Origin: Takakia lepidozioides
Taxonomy: Eukaryota > Plantae > Bryophyta
DNA: 64,000 bases
Assembly (NCBI GenBank): GCA_030704615.1
Contig: CM060731.1
Location: forward strand, 23,498,001 to 23,562,000
Reading direction: 5' to 3'
Shown here piece after piece: positions 12,046-25,100 of the stretch (positions are counted from its first letter, which is position 1; every line of letters begins with the position of its first letter). The position numbers and the translations under genes were made by a program. The notes under the pieces are model-generated. The model saw only the letters and a program-made list of their open reading frames with translations, was not told where the DNA came from and made no database searches.

Positions 12046-13407
12046 GGCTGTTTCTTCACCATCACTCTTCTCATTCCCTTTTAAATTGTGAACCCAACAA
12101 TCCTGGATATTGATGGGCATATACACCAAGGTTCTTGATGACACGGACAGGCGTCCCAAGGGACTTACTCATCAGTCCAAATCAAAGGCCAGCTTCCCAC
12201 TGTGGTGCGCAAAAGAGAAGATTTCTTGTGTTCCTGCAATACAAAGCGCATTTCAGCAGGGATCTGGGTCTTTGGAACCTGGAATGAACTTGACATTTCC
12301 CCCAATAAACAGAAGAGATACGGTTTGTAACTTTGGGGCTCTGATATGCTGGCAAATTGTCGCATGCAACAAACGATGGTAGTGAAAGATACTACACACA
12401 GTCGTAAACAAGTTTGGGTGGCTGTTGGGGCCTGTGTATAAACAGTTCGTTGGGGCCTAAATTCTAGCGATACAAATGCTTGAGCCCAATCATGCACCAT
12501 ATGTAGTGGGTCATTCTCTGATTTTCAAATTGTGGCACATTGTTGAGTACTTGATGTTCATATGGTTTCTCTTTAAACATCATTTTGTGATGTGTTATAA
12601 CAAACCATGAGAAATGAAATATGTTTCGACGGTTTAAATACATATTTATCTTATGAGTGAATCCTCGCATATAGGGCATATAGGGCCTCAATTGCATAGT
12701 GGACGGTTGATCGCGTAAGCCCACGGTTACATGTCCAAGCTCACAAGCTCACCAACCATAAGCCTACGCTCACAATATTGCATTCCTGAATGTTTTTGGC
12801 CTATTCTCATGCATTTGTTAATGTGTGGACAAGAACCTGATTTCAGATCGAGGTTCCTGTGCAGCTTGATGGAGACATATGACATCTCTTATGCGACTGA
12901 CACCTCTTATGCAGTCGAGTGATAGTTTCCCAGGTTTGTATCTCAATTTCTTGCAATTTTCATCAATTCGAAAACTACAATGTTTAGCCTCTCATGTGTC
13001 ATTTAGTAGATGTGCGAAGGCTGGAGGTATGTTCAGGATTCCGAACCTGGGAGTTATGGGGTTTTTACTTGGTGAATTGATTTTTGAGGTTTTTCTTACT
13101 AATTCAAGTATTTATTTTGACAAGACTTCCAACATGTTGGAGTTTTGGGCAAGGTGTTCGAGGTGCAGACGGGTTTTTCTCACCTTCTCTGGCGTCAGAT
13201 AGGGCTGGCATCATGTAAGTATATGGTCACATCATGTGCCTTACATACCATACAGTGTGAAAATTAGGAAACCTGCACAAGCTCATGCCCACTTTGCCTC
13301 TCCACATTGAACCCCTGTCCGAGAATTTAGATTAGTGCAGCAAAGGTTTTGGTGGGTCAGTGTGCATTAGAACCCATCCCCTCATCTCCGACTCCTTCAA
13401 AGTTGCA

Positions 13408-13626
13408 ATGAGCAGCCAACAAAAGCCAATGAGTCCAAATGCAGAGATATTGGGAAGGGCGATAGGCGGAATGGCAATCGGGTTGGGTGTGGGTGTGGCT
13501 GGGGTGAGTGTGGGTATGGGCATTGCGGTTGGATTGTATTATGTCGGCAGAGGGTACTCAGTGCACTCGGATTCTCAACTGCAATCGACCACTGATCCCA
13601 GACCCTCCGTCAAGAGCTCTAAATGA
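13408..13626 (+). CDS. Small putative membrane protein with a glycine zipper (72 aa)
   Basis: MSSQQKPMSPNAEILGRAIGGMAIGLGVGVAGVSVGMGIAVGLYYVGRGY...: a ~30-aa hydrophobic GxxxG-rich stretch. Family not recognised. Confidence 0.45.
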   Translation: MSSQQKPMSPNAEILGRAIGGMAIGLGVGVAGVSVGMGIAVGLYYVGRGYSVHSDSQLQSTTDPRPSVKSSK

Positions 13627-13799
13627 CACCTCTCATGTAAGGCTGTTTCTTGCAAATTACGTTCAAGTTGGATTCTTAACATTCTGCTTGTTTTAGAGGA
13701 TACTTCCTGTGGGCTAGGTCTTGTTAAACCCCACTCTTCGAAAATGGGATAGTGACCAAGAGATGCAGGCCCCAAGATCTGCCACATTTCTATGAACTC

Positions 13800-14400
13800 C
13801 TTGAAGATCATCCAAAATGGTCGAAGCTATTGCATCCCTCTCTTTTGTGGTTTGTCGTAGTTAGGGTTCGATTTTGTAGGGAGTCATGCACTTCCTCTTC
13901 CGCCTCCGTAATCCACTGCTGTTCAAAAGAGTCGCCATGTAATGTACATATGTTGTGCAGAATTATGCATGCTGCTACAAAGTCAGGGACATGCTGGAGT
14001 GAGATATCCATTCTCTTCATTAATAATCGCCAACGCCCTTTCAATAAACCAAAGCTTCTTTCCACACACATGCGGGTTGAGCTTTGTACATAAGGGTCCA
14101 TGTCTTTGAAAGCACAAAGCGGTCTTTGGAATTAAACCGAACGAATGCCCAAGACCAGTCGCAAAGGCCACGCCTGTAAGTGCTGGTTTTTGTTGAAGAT
14201 AGTATCACAGGGTTTTTCATTCAACACCTCCATTCGCTCCTCAGAGCTACGGGCATGTTTGAAACACCAGAGCAGATCTCTATCGAACCAACTGTGAGAG
14301 AGGACTCTGGCAGCTTCATACTGACAACATCTCTCAACCGAGAGGACCATATCCTGTCGGCCCAGGGGTACAAGGCTGCATGTCATTGTAATGCTACAGC
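13800..14400 (-). mobile_element. PIF/Harbinger transposase relic (DDE_Tnp_4 C-terminus)
   Basis: SSTRMCVERSFGLLKGRWRLL...VAACIILHNIC in ORF 13808..14101; upstream part is degraded and the boundary is approximate. Confidence 0.85.
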
Positions 14401-14754
14401 CTGCATCTCATGGCTGCATTTTTGGGAGTGCGTGTGGATGCTTGTGCCTTTCAGCTTTCTAAGCTGATTAGATCCTCATAATGGAAAGTGGCATTCTTGG
14501 CCATGGAAGGAACAGCGTGTGTTTCCGAGATTGAGCATACTTGTCTTGGCTGAGCTGGCATGTACTATGGATAGCTCTTCACCTCCATTAGATCCGATGA
14601 GGCTGAACCAACCAGGCCTCTGAAGCAACAGGAACTGAAGTGGTTCCTCAAAGACTTTTAACCTCCGCCTCCAGGACTTCTACCTGGCTTTGGGTTTCGG
14701 AGTCGCCATGAGACTTTATGCAATGTCCACGTCTTTCTCTCTCTCTCTCTCACA

Positions 14755-16545
14755 CAGGGAACGAAAAAAGAAGGGAAACCCACGTATGTGTTTTTCTTGG
14801 ATGTCAAAAAGGCTTATGACACAGTGTGGAGAGATGGTCTATGGCTCCGCCTCTGGTCTTGCGGAATCAAGGGAAAAATGTGGAGAGTTGTCCATAACTT
14901 GTATGCTCACACCAAAAGCTGTGTCACTGTTAATGGACAAAAGTATAACTTCTTTGACATAGACCAAGGTGTAGCTCAAGGATGTACCCTCTCCCCTCTG
15001 CTCTTCAATGTTTCCATCAATCAATTCCTCGAGGATGTGGAACGTGAGGGATTTGGGTTAAGGGTGGGTGATGCCACCATTCCAGCCCTTATGTTTGCGG
15101 ATGACTTCGCAGGCATAGGGGAGACTCCTTCCAACCTCCAGGAATTGTTTGATTGCGCGAAGAGATACTTTGATCTTTGGGGGCTAGAGGCTAATGTCAG
15201 TAAATGTGCAGTGGTGGCATTTAACGACAGAGGAGAGGGAGGAAGTGATCTTAAGTGGCAGTGGGGTAGCCAAGAGATTCCAGTCCTCTCTTCCTGCACA
15301 TACCTGGGCGTTGAGTTTTCCTCCAACTGTAACTGGGATGCACATATCCAGAAAGTTGTTCTAACTGGCAAGAGCAAAGCGCTGAGTCTCACTAAATTTT
15401 TCCACTGCAGAGGGATTAACTCTGAGGTCAAGAAAACCTTGCTTTGCCGCGTTATTAGACCTGCCTTGGAGTACGGATCTGCTATATGGGTTGATAACTC
15501 CAACCAGGCTAAGTCTCTAGAATCCATTCAAGTGGGGGTGCTTAAGGAGTGCATGCCAGCATGCTCCAAAACAGCCAATGTGGCTGTTCAGGGTGAGTTT
15601 GGCATCCCTTCCTTAAGCTCCCGACGAGATGAATTCAAGGTCAGATGGTGGGGTCAGTTGCAACACGTCCAACACCAGATACCCTAAGTTAATCGACTCT
15701 GTATCTTGGAAACAGGACCGCCCTGTCAAACAGGCTAAGTCCTGGCAGAAGAGAGTAGAAGAGATTCTCAAGGATCTGAATCTGGACCCGCAAGTCTTGA
15801 CCTTGCTGGATAAATCTGACTTAGAGACTGTAGTGTCCAAAGCCATGTCTGTTACCAGAAAATTGTCTGATGCAAATGAAGTTAGGCAGAAAACTTCCCT
15901 GAACCTGTTTCCAGTCTGTGACATGGGGGAGAATATCATGGATGACCTCAAGGGTCTACCCACTCTCGGCACCAGACTGAAATTTAAACTCAGGGCAGGA
16001 AGCCTACCTTTGAACAGTAAACAGAAGCAGAGAGGAAAGGGAGAGTGCAATTGCCCGTTGTGTGGGCAACCCAAAGACAATATTCATTTTCTGATTCACT
16101 GTCCGGGGTACTCTCACCAGAGAGAAGCTCTCCTCCAATCTATCAAGAGAATTGTGCCTGTACCCCTGTTTACCAACTTTGAAAGTCTCGAGGCTGAGCC
16201 AAAAGCCCAGGCCCTTCTGAGGCCTAGTTTTTGGGCAAATCACACACAGCAGATTGATGCTTGTGTGAAGGGATTTCTAGAGGATATCTGGAAAACCCGA
16301 ATCAATTCTATATATAAAGGTAAGTCTGACTACCAATGTCAGCCCCTGACAGAGGTAGGTTCTGTCCCTCTGGTTTCCGCTCAAACTGGGCGCGGGGTCA
16401 ATGGCCACAAGGCTATGGCAAACGACGTCTTATGAGTACATTCTCTCACACAGCCCCTGACAAGGTAGTTTCTGTCCCTTTGTGTGCCTCTCAGACTGGG
16501 CGTGAGGTCAATGGCCACAAGGCTATGGCAAACAACGTCCTATCA
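14755..16545 (+). mobile_element. 5'-truncated non-LTR retrotransposon (non-L1; RTE-X/CR1-like RT plus C-terminal CCHC), one frameshift near 15665, duplicated 3' end
   Basis: FLDVKKAYDTVWR...QGVAQGCTLSPLLF...LMFADD...YLG in ORF 14788..15687; CPLCGQPKDNIHFLIHC in ORF 15629..16435. Confidence 0.92.
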
Positions 16546-17299
16546 GAACATTGTCCCTCTCTTGCCACAATTTCAGTAGTTCTTTGGCTTTCTTTTAGTA
16601 TTCAATAGTTCTTTGGTTGCGGATTCGTACCATGTCCATTGGGCCACCTTAGACATAATAACTCATTTTTATCCTTGTATGTTTTCATCTTTGAAAGCTC
16701 CTTTATCTTGGATGTGGCTATCTTTGGTTAGATGTCACATGTGAGTTTAGAGTCTACTGGGCTGCCGTATTGATGTAACGGTTGTTTCTTTCTTTCTTTA
16801 TCTCTTTGCCGTCATTCACCACCTATGAATCTGGCTGATTATTCTCCCTCTAAGGGTTAACATGGCCCTACTTCCAGATCTATTAATTGAGAAGTTTGCA
16901 AATCAGAATAGTGAACCCCTAGTTTTCTCCTGCCTCGTTCTAAGCAGAGCTGACACATGGGGCAAGTGAATGCAGGGAGACAAGGTGGTGGCAGACTGCA
17001 ACTTATATACCAAGCATAGAAAGACAGATTGGGAAGTACACTTTCTAAGCTTACCAATCTGCCATAGGACCCAAAATTCATGAATTCCACCAGACAGCCT
17101 AGGTTGATGAAGGAATCTAAGTACACTTTTTGGATGTTGCTTGGTTAAATTTTACATAGGTGGTTTCAATAATGATAGTTTTTGTTAGAATCTTGATGGA
17201 CTTTGCAAGCACATGGGCTCATTGCTTTTTGTTGTGAGTACTTTCCTTCACAGGACAAAAGTATCTAATCTGAGGTACAGTCGACTGTTATAGCCAAAC

Positions 17300-18010
17300 T
17301 AAAGCCCTGGCCCTCTTGGGTCTAATTGTTGGGCAGCTCACACCCAACAGATTGATGCTTGTGTGAAGGGCTTTCTAGAGGAAATCTGGAAAGCCCGAAC
17401 CAATTGTTTATACCCAAGGTAAGTCCCACTACCGGAGTGAGCCCCTCACAAAGGTATCGGACACTCTTCGTGCTTCCAGCATGACCTTAGACACTTCAGC
17501 CTCCAAAGTCAGCTTCATCTAGCAGGGCCAATTCTTCCTGGCTAATACTCAGGTACGTGAAAATCTCCTCTACCTTTTTCCGCTAGGACTTGACCTGTTC
17601 AAAAAGACGGTCTTGCGTCCAAGAAATGGAGTCGATAATCTTAGGGTATCTGGTATTAGGCATGCGAATCAAATGACCCCACCATCTGAGCTTGAACTCA
17701 TCATGTCAAGAGCTCAAGGGTGGTACGCCAAACTCCCTCCGACAGCCATGTTAGCTGTTCTAGAGCATGCTGACATTCTCTCTTTGAGCACCAAACGCTG
17801 AATGGATTCTAAAGTTTTAGAATGCTTGGAGTTATGGACCCACACGGCAGATGTGTACTCGAAGGTAGGCTTAATAACCTTGCAAGGTATGGTCCTTTTG
17901 ACTTCAGTATTAATCCCTTGGCAGTGGGGAAATTGAGTGACACCCAAAGCCTTGTTTTTGCTGTTTGAACCAATTTTTGTATATGCGCATCCCAGTTACA
18001 ACTGAAGGTA
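17300..18010. mobile_element. Degenerate rearranged copy of the same LINE (17300-17457 on +, ~17460-18010 on -)
   Basis: 17300-17457 matches 16201-16360. ORF 17714..17947(-) HCQGINTEVKRT...LESIQ...SACSRTANMAV matches 15400-15610. Confidence 0.85.
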
Positions 18011-18049
18011 AACGGAACACTGTGGTATGTGCAGGACCAGAATTTCTGT

Positions 18050-18935
18050 CACAAGTGAAGCAAAACGAGGCACTGTGGATGGACAGCTCCTTGAAGGCAT
18101 GGGTAGATGGTCACGTGGAGAAGCTAGAAGAAGCTAGAATTCTGTGGAAAGCCCTGGGGAGGTGGATCGTTGGTGCCCTTCCAGTATGACAGTCCCTCGC
18201 ATTTATAATGGATGTCCTGCTATGTACACTCCACCCAGTGATATCCCAAGGAGTGTGAAGAAGTGGTAGTCCTTCTCTCCCTTTTGACAAGAATTGAGCA
18301 GAAAAGCTGTGTGGGTGGACTGCATAGGAGGGTATACACCAGGGGAGTTTTACAGATGTGTTGAATGTTGTATGGTGCCGGTACAGTGGGTTGGTCACTC
18401 CACAAATATTGGGTAGTCACTGTCAGCTACATGGGACATGGAAGGAATCTATTCAAGTTCGTTTCGGAGGCAGGAGCAGCTGAAGGAAGAGGGATGGAAT
18501 GTGCATGCAGATCCAGCCCAGAAGACCAGTTTTCAGGCACAAGAGTACTTGCTGGTTTAATAGCCACAAGAAGCCTCGATGGCTAGATGTTCAGTTTGAG
18601 AAGCTGGAAGCAAGGCAAACGTCCATGGCGAGCTCTGGTGGAGGAGAATCGTTGATGCACTTCCAGTAAGACAGTCCCTCATCTTCTCTTAATGCATACC
18701 TTAGTGACTCCTGATCTTTCTGTGTCTGTGCTAATTGCATGGAGTGCTCTGATACGTTGTAATATCATTACCATAAGGGTAGACAGTGAGCCACCTACAT
18801 CCTAGAGAGAATTCTTCCTATGTTCTAAATGGAGGGTAGTTACTTCTCTCCCTTTATACTGGAGTGGAGCAGAGAAGTTGTGTGTTGGCACAGTGCATAG
18901 GAGGTTACACACCGGTGGAAGTTTACACAGATGTC
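18050..18935 (+). repeat. Two diverged tandem copies (18050-18365, 18598-18935) of the PPR-upstream module
   Basis: Shared blocks CTTCCAGTA.GACAGTCCCTC, GGTAGT..CTTCTCTCCCTTT and TGCATAGGAGG; homologous to 995-1330. Confidence 0.75.
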
Positions 18936-19171
18936 TTATGTTTAAACCTTTGTTACACAATTGTCAGAAGTTAGTTGATGAATAAAAGGACACTAGTGGC
19001 ATTTTAGCTGGTGCCCAAGTTTGTTCATTAAGGGTAATCAACACAAAAGCCCTGTGAATATGGAGCAAGGAGCCTGTCCTATGAAGTGATTGTTGTTTGA
19101 AGGAAACTTTTCATTGTATACTGTGAGTTTTCAGTATCAAAGTTTCACAGTAATATTGTGGAGTAACGCAG

Positions 19172-21698
19172 GAAGGCAGCATCGAATCAGACACAGTTGT
19201 TTCAACTAGGCACCTCACCCACGATCATTGCTTTTGAAGGAAGGGCAAGAGAGGGAATCAACAAGAACTCTTCAGGTACTTGTGGGAATTTGAGGACACT
19301 ATCAAAGGCAGGAGAACTGAAAGAGGTGCTGCATGTTTTGAACAAAGGAGAGATTTTGGCAGACTCTGATACTTATGTTCGTCTATTGCAGCAGTGCATC
19401 AAGGTAAAAGGTCTAGCGGAGGGAAAGCAGGTGCATGACCACATTATCCGAAGTGGATTCAAGCCAAACATCTTTCTATTCAAAACCCTTATCAACATGT
19501 ATGCCAAGTGTGGGAGTGTGGTGAATGCACATCGAGTGTTTGACAGAATGCCTGAACGAGATGTGTTTGCATGGAATATAATGATAGCAGGATATGCTCA
19601 GCATGGGTGTGGTAGGGAAGCTTTCGAGACCTATGAGCGAATGGCACAGGAAGGGGTAACACCCAGCAATGTCACATTCATTTGTGTTTTGAAGGCCTGT
19701 GCCAGCATGGCAGCCCTAGACAAGGGCAGAGGGGTCCATGCTGACATCATCAAATCGGGAATCCCATCAGATATCATTCTAGAAACTGCTCTTGTGAACA
19801 TGTACGCCAAATGCGGGAGCCTGAAGGATGCACGTCTAGTCTTTGACAATATGGCTCAACAAAATGTGGTCTCATGGAACACTATGATTGCAGGGTATGC
19901 TCAGCATGGGGGTGGCATGGAGGCTTTTGAAATGTACAAGCAAATGCTAGGGAAAGGGGTGATGCCTGACAAGGTCACATTCATTTGTGTTCTCAATGCG
20001 TGTGCCAACCTGGCAGCCCTGGAAAAGGGAAAAGAGGTCCTTGCTGACATTATCAAAGCTGGAATTTTGTCAGATATCATTCTGGAGACTGCCCTTGTTA
20101 ACATGTATGCCAAATGCATGAGCATGAAGGATGCACGTCAGGTGTTTGATAGTATGTCTGAACGGAATGTCATCTCATGGAATACCATGATAGCAGGATA
20201 TGCTCAGCATTGCCTTGGTACAGAGGCTTTCGAGATTTATGAGCAAATGGTAGCAGAAAAGGTAACACCCAACAAGGTTACGTTTGTTTGTATTCTCAAG
20301 GCATGTGCCAGCCTGGCAGCCCTGGAAAAGGGCCAAGAGGTCCATGCTGACATCATCAAAGCTGGAATTCCATCAGATATCATCCTAGATACTGCTCTTG
20401 TCAATATGTATGCAAAGTGCGGGAACATAAAAGATGCACATCAAGTGTTTAAGAAAATGCCTGAACGAAATGTCGTCTCATGGAACGTGATGATTGCAGG
20501 ATATGCCCAGCATGGTTGTCCTATGGAGGCCTTTGAGATGTACGAGCTAATGGTGGGAGAAGGGCTGACACCTGACAAGATCACCTTTGTTTGCATCCTC
20601 AATGCGTGTGCCAGTCTCGCTGCTTTGGAAAAGGGCAAAGAGGTCTATGCGGACATTGTCAAAGCCGGGATTTTGTCAGATATCATTCTGGATACTGCCC
20701 TTGTCAATATGTATGCAAAGTGCGGGAACATTAAGGATTCACGGCAAGTGTTTGACAATATGGCTGAACGAGATGTGATCTCTTGGAGTGCGATGATGGC
20801 AGGATATGCTCAACATGGACGTGGTATGGAGGCCCTGCAGCTATTTGAACCAACGCGGCAGGAAGGGTTGAAGCCAAATGGTATCACCTTTTTATGTGTT
20901 CTCTCTGCCTGTAGCCATGTGGGGCTAGTGGCTGAAGGCCAACACTACTTTCATTCCATGATGCAAGATCATGGCCTCACTCCTACAGTGGAACATTTTG
21001 GGTGCATGGTGGACCTTTTTGGCCGTGCTGGGCATTTGGAAGAGGCAGAGGACTTAGTCAACAAAATGCCGATTGCAGCAGATGCTTCTGTGTGGCGGGC
21101 CTTGCTTGGTGCTTGCAGAATTCATTGCAATGTGGAGATTGCAGAGCGTGCAGCAAAATGCCTGCTTAGGTGGGATCCACAGGATGCTGGAACTTACGTC
21201 CTACTATCCAACATCTACGCAGCAGCTGGCAGGTGGCACGACACAGCAAAGGTGAGGAAAATGATGCTGGACAGAGGTGTGAGAAAGGAGCCCGGGTGCA
21301 GTTCAATTGAGGTGGGAAACCAGGTGCATACATTCACGGTAGAAGACATACTTCATCCACAAATTGAGGAAATCCATGGTGAACTAAAGAGATTGTCTGG
21401 GCAGATGAAGGAGGCTGGGTATGTGCCTGACACCCGGTTCATATTACATGATATGGAGGACGAGCACAAGAAATTTTCGCTTTTTCATCATAGTGAGAAG
21501 CTGGCCATTGCCTTTGGACTCATTAGCACACCCCCTAGGATGCCTCTCCGCATCATCAAGAACCTTCGTGTGTGTGGCGACTGTCACACAGCCACCAAGT
21601 TCATCTCCCAGATTGTTGGGCGAGCAATTGTTGTGCGGGATGCCAACCGCTTTCACCATTTCCAAAATGGTGTTTGTTCTTGCGGGGATTACTGGTGA
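19172..21698 (+). CDS. PLS-E-DYW PPR protein (organellar C-to-U RNA editing factor); main exon, start codon must lie in an upstream exon
   Basis: Uninterrupted 833-aa ORF: L-S-P arrays, P2-L2-S2, E1-E2, KEPGCSSIEV (PG box), HSEKLA, CGDCH and CSCGDYW*. The acceptor ACGCAG|G at 19171 is homologous to that of the paralog. Confidence 0.95.
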
Positions 21699-22159
21699 AA
21701 CAATCAAGATGTTGCTTCAACCACAAGGTTGAAATGGTCAGAAATTGTCCTTCATTTTGTAAGCAAAGCATACAGTTGAATGGACTTGTGCCATCCAATG
21801 CCACCCTTAGAGCTACACTTCCCGTGAGCTGCCTAAGCAGATAATCACAACTCGGTATGATTCAGTAGGAGCAATCAGTAGCGCTTAAGTAACGGGAAAC
21901 GATATTGCAGATTTGTTAACAGATTGTGGAAGGCACAACAGGCATATGAAAATACTGAGTTTATGACCCCTATCTTCATGCAAATTCAAAGTTGAGCAAT
22001 GGGATCCCCCAAATACTGAGGACGATTGGGTGAATATTGGGCACTCAGTGAGCGATTGAAGTAGTATAGGTTCAGAGAGTGCAGGATGACTCAGGTCAAC
22101 TAGTGGATTTTCTTATAAGTAACTCGACTCAAGCGCCATTACTGAACATGTAAGTTGCT

Positions 22160-25100
22160 GACTTCCCAAGCGTTGAGAGATGGAGGAAGAAGAAGAGCTC
22201 CGCAATGGGCGGTGTGTGTAAGCTTCGCCGACAGCCTCCACACCTCTTCAACCCTAGCACTCGGACTCCCCTTCCTCCCCACTATCGCCTCTAAGTCCCA
22301 AACAAGCTAATGCAGTACCTCACCGAACATCATAACTCGGTGCCTTCGGCAGGCCCCATCCCAATCACCGGATCCAAGCGGCTGTCATGACGAGCCTATC
22401 TATCTTCATCAAAGTCGCATGCTTAGCCATAAGCTTCTCAGTTCACCTCTATTAATTCTCCCTAAAGCGCAGCCGCCAAGTACACAAGTCCCCCCCCCCC
22501 CCCTAATCTCCTGCCAAAACATCATGGCCAATCCGATCCCTTCCTTTTTCATCATGGAAATGATCAATGCCAACCTCTGGTTTCAGTTTCCTAGGAGCCG
22601 CCTTCACTAACTCACCCCTAAGCCCCTACCCGCGCTTCGCTGTAGCAGCTGATCAGCTTGGGCCTCGTTTTTCAGCTTGCGCCTTTCCTCCAGTCTTTCT
22701 TCTCGGCTTTCCTCGCCTGGCTAGCCTTAGGTGCCTGCAGGTTCCCTTTTGCTCGCATCTGGCTAGTTGATTCTTGTTATCCAGTTTCCTCTCAATTGCC
22801 CCTCCCCTCCTTCTCCTCCAGCTCCCTCTCATGTTGCTTCAGCTCGCTTCCTCTCCATGGCGCCCTTCCTTCACAAAGCCTTCAATTCGGCAACCCATCG
22901 CCCAGGTCAAGGCCCTAGATTTGCGGATCCTCGCAGACTCCATCCGTCAACGGGGACAGGTTTCTTCATTGCGCATCAAACCCATTCCATGGGCCTCATT
23001 GCGCACAGTTATTCTCAGGCAAACCGTCCCCCACCTCAGTTCGCTCCAGGCCCTCCCCTGAGGCCCCCCATTCACAATGTTGTTGCAGGGATCTCTTCCG
23101 GGCCCCACTCAGAATCCCGCAGCCCGCCCACGGATCTCTCGGAAGATTCCCCTTCAGACTCCATTGCCTTGCAGTCTGCAATCGCTAGGGACCACCCACT
23201 CGTCCCAGTGGAGCTCGACCAGATTGACTCAGATGCAGCTCAATATGAGAACAACGGTATCCTTCTTCATTTCCCAGGCAAGAAGGTGACTAGAAACCAA
23301 GCGCGAGACTGGGCTAATCGTCATCTGGGAGCAACAGGTGACTTGCTTCATCACTTTTGTCATGCAAGGGGCCGTGGATTCTTCTCCATTCTTTTTTATT
23401 CCAAAGAGGCAGCGGACAAAGCCCGAGCGTTCAATCCTCATCTGCATGGGCTTAACGTCAATATTTTCCCATGGTCCAAACAGGAATGGCAAGATATGGA
23501 GCCCAATGATCATATTGTTGCCTTACATTCCTGACCAATACCTCTTGAGCCTACCGGCTGTAGGCAATTATTTTGGTGTTTTTTTGGGATGTCTGGCGGT
23601 CTTTGACAAAGATTCATACACTGCCTCCCTGCGACAGCACCCAGCATGGAGAGGGGCTACCATTTCATCAAAGGCGAATGAAAACGGATTTCCTAAGATA
23701 GTGGTGTTAATGCCCAACGATCAGGAACTTCCAGAATTCATCAGGCTGCCAATTGACAATCAAGGCAATTATTTCTATGTGAAAGTGTCTGAGGACACGG
23801 TAGCTTCAGTATGTTATTATTGTGGAAAATCTGGGCACCTCAAGGCAGGTTGCCCCAGGCTGAAAAGAAGAAGAATGAACAACCCACAGGCTGGGCACGG
23901 AAGTACCGAAATTATTCAAAATTCAGCTCCTACCACAGATCCCCACCCAGGAATTCCAATCAATCACAAGGAGTCCTCTCTATGTCACCCACTCTCGCTA
24001 AAGAAAGTTGACCAGAGGCATGCCATTGATCGGAGCAACCATGCCTGGGATGGTGCAGTCAATCAGATTTCTATCTCCCCGCCAACAAAGAAAAGAAGGC
24101 AAATTGAGGACCTTATGGTCATTGAGGCCTCCTCTGCACCAGCTTCCAAATCCCACAGAGGCAAGGGCCCCATCATCTCAGAACTCCAAGCTGCAAGCAT
24201 CCAAGGCTCCTCTTCTTCGGATATCCTCAAAGCCCACCTTCCAGCAACACTTCCTTCAATGCCCACTCCCATTCCAATCCCAGGGATTATCAGTTGGGAG
24301 ATGGAACAGGCCAAGAACAAAGGGAAAGCATGTCCCAACATCATCACCAGGCACCCAGTGGAGCAGGCACATACACCACTTCGTCGCCCCTCACCGCTGG
24401 CACATAACCCTACAATTGCCAAAATCTGCGCCACTCTGGGAACATTTCCTTCGCTCTCTCTCAATGGCTGTTCGTAGCTAATCATCAAGGAAGATCCAGT
24501 CGGCACTTGTCTTACCCCGACGATTTTCAGAAAGAAACAAAATCTAGCTTTCAGGGTCACTGCCAGGGACAATATGCACTTTGACTCAATATGGATCTCG
24601 GTGCAGGACATCCACTCATTCATATCTAAGAGCCCCATGGACAGCTCCCCTATCCCTACCCTCTGCAACAAGATTCAGACCTATCTCAACTCCAACCTCC
24701 CTCTCTACTCTCTTTTCTCTCACTCTTTAGTCACTTGGGGCTCCTACGTAGAGGCCTTCCCTGGGCTTTGTCAAGATCTGTCTCCAAATACCAATATTTT
24801 GGCTCTCATGGATGAAAACCAGCTTCTTCAAACTGGAACCACTCTACCAGGAGTATGGGCAGAGGCTGACCACTTTGAAGGTCCTTACACTCCAAGCAAG
24901 GTCTTAACCAGGTCCAAAGATACCTTAAACCCCATCTACGTCCCCATGGGCTCTTGGTCGACCTCAAGCTCTTCCGACCTCCAGATCTCGCAATTCTTCA
25001 CGCAGCAGTCGCCAGAAGTCTCTCAACAGCACGTCGGGCCCCTCCACCCAGTCACAACTCTACTGCCTTCCCCGACACTAGCTCCCCTCTTTTCTCCATC

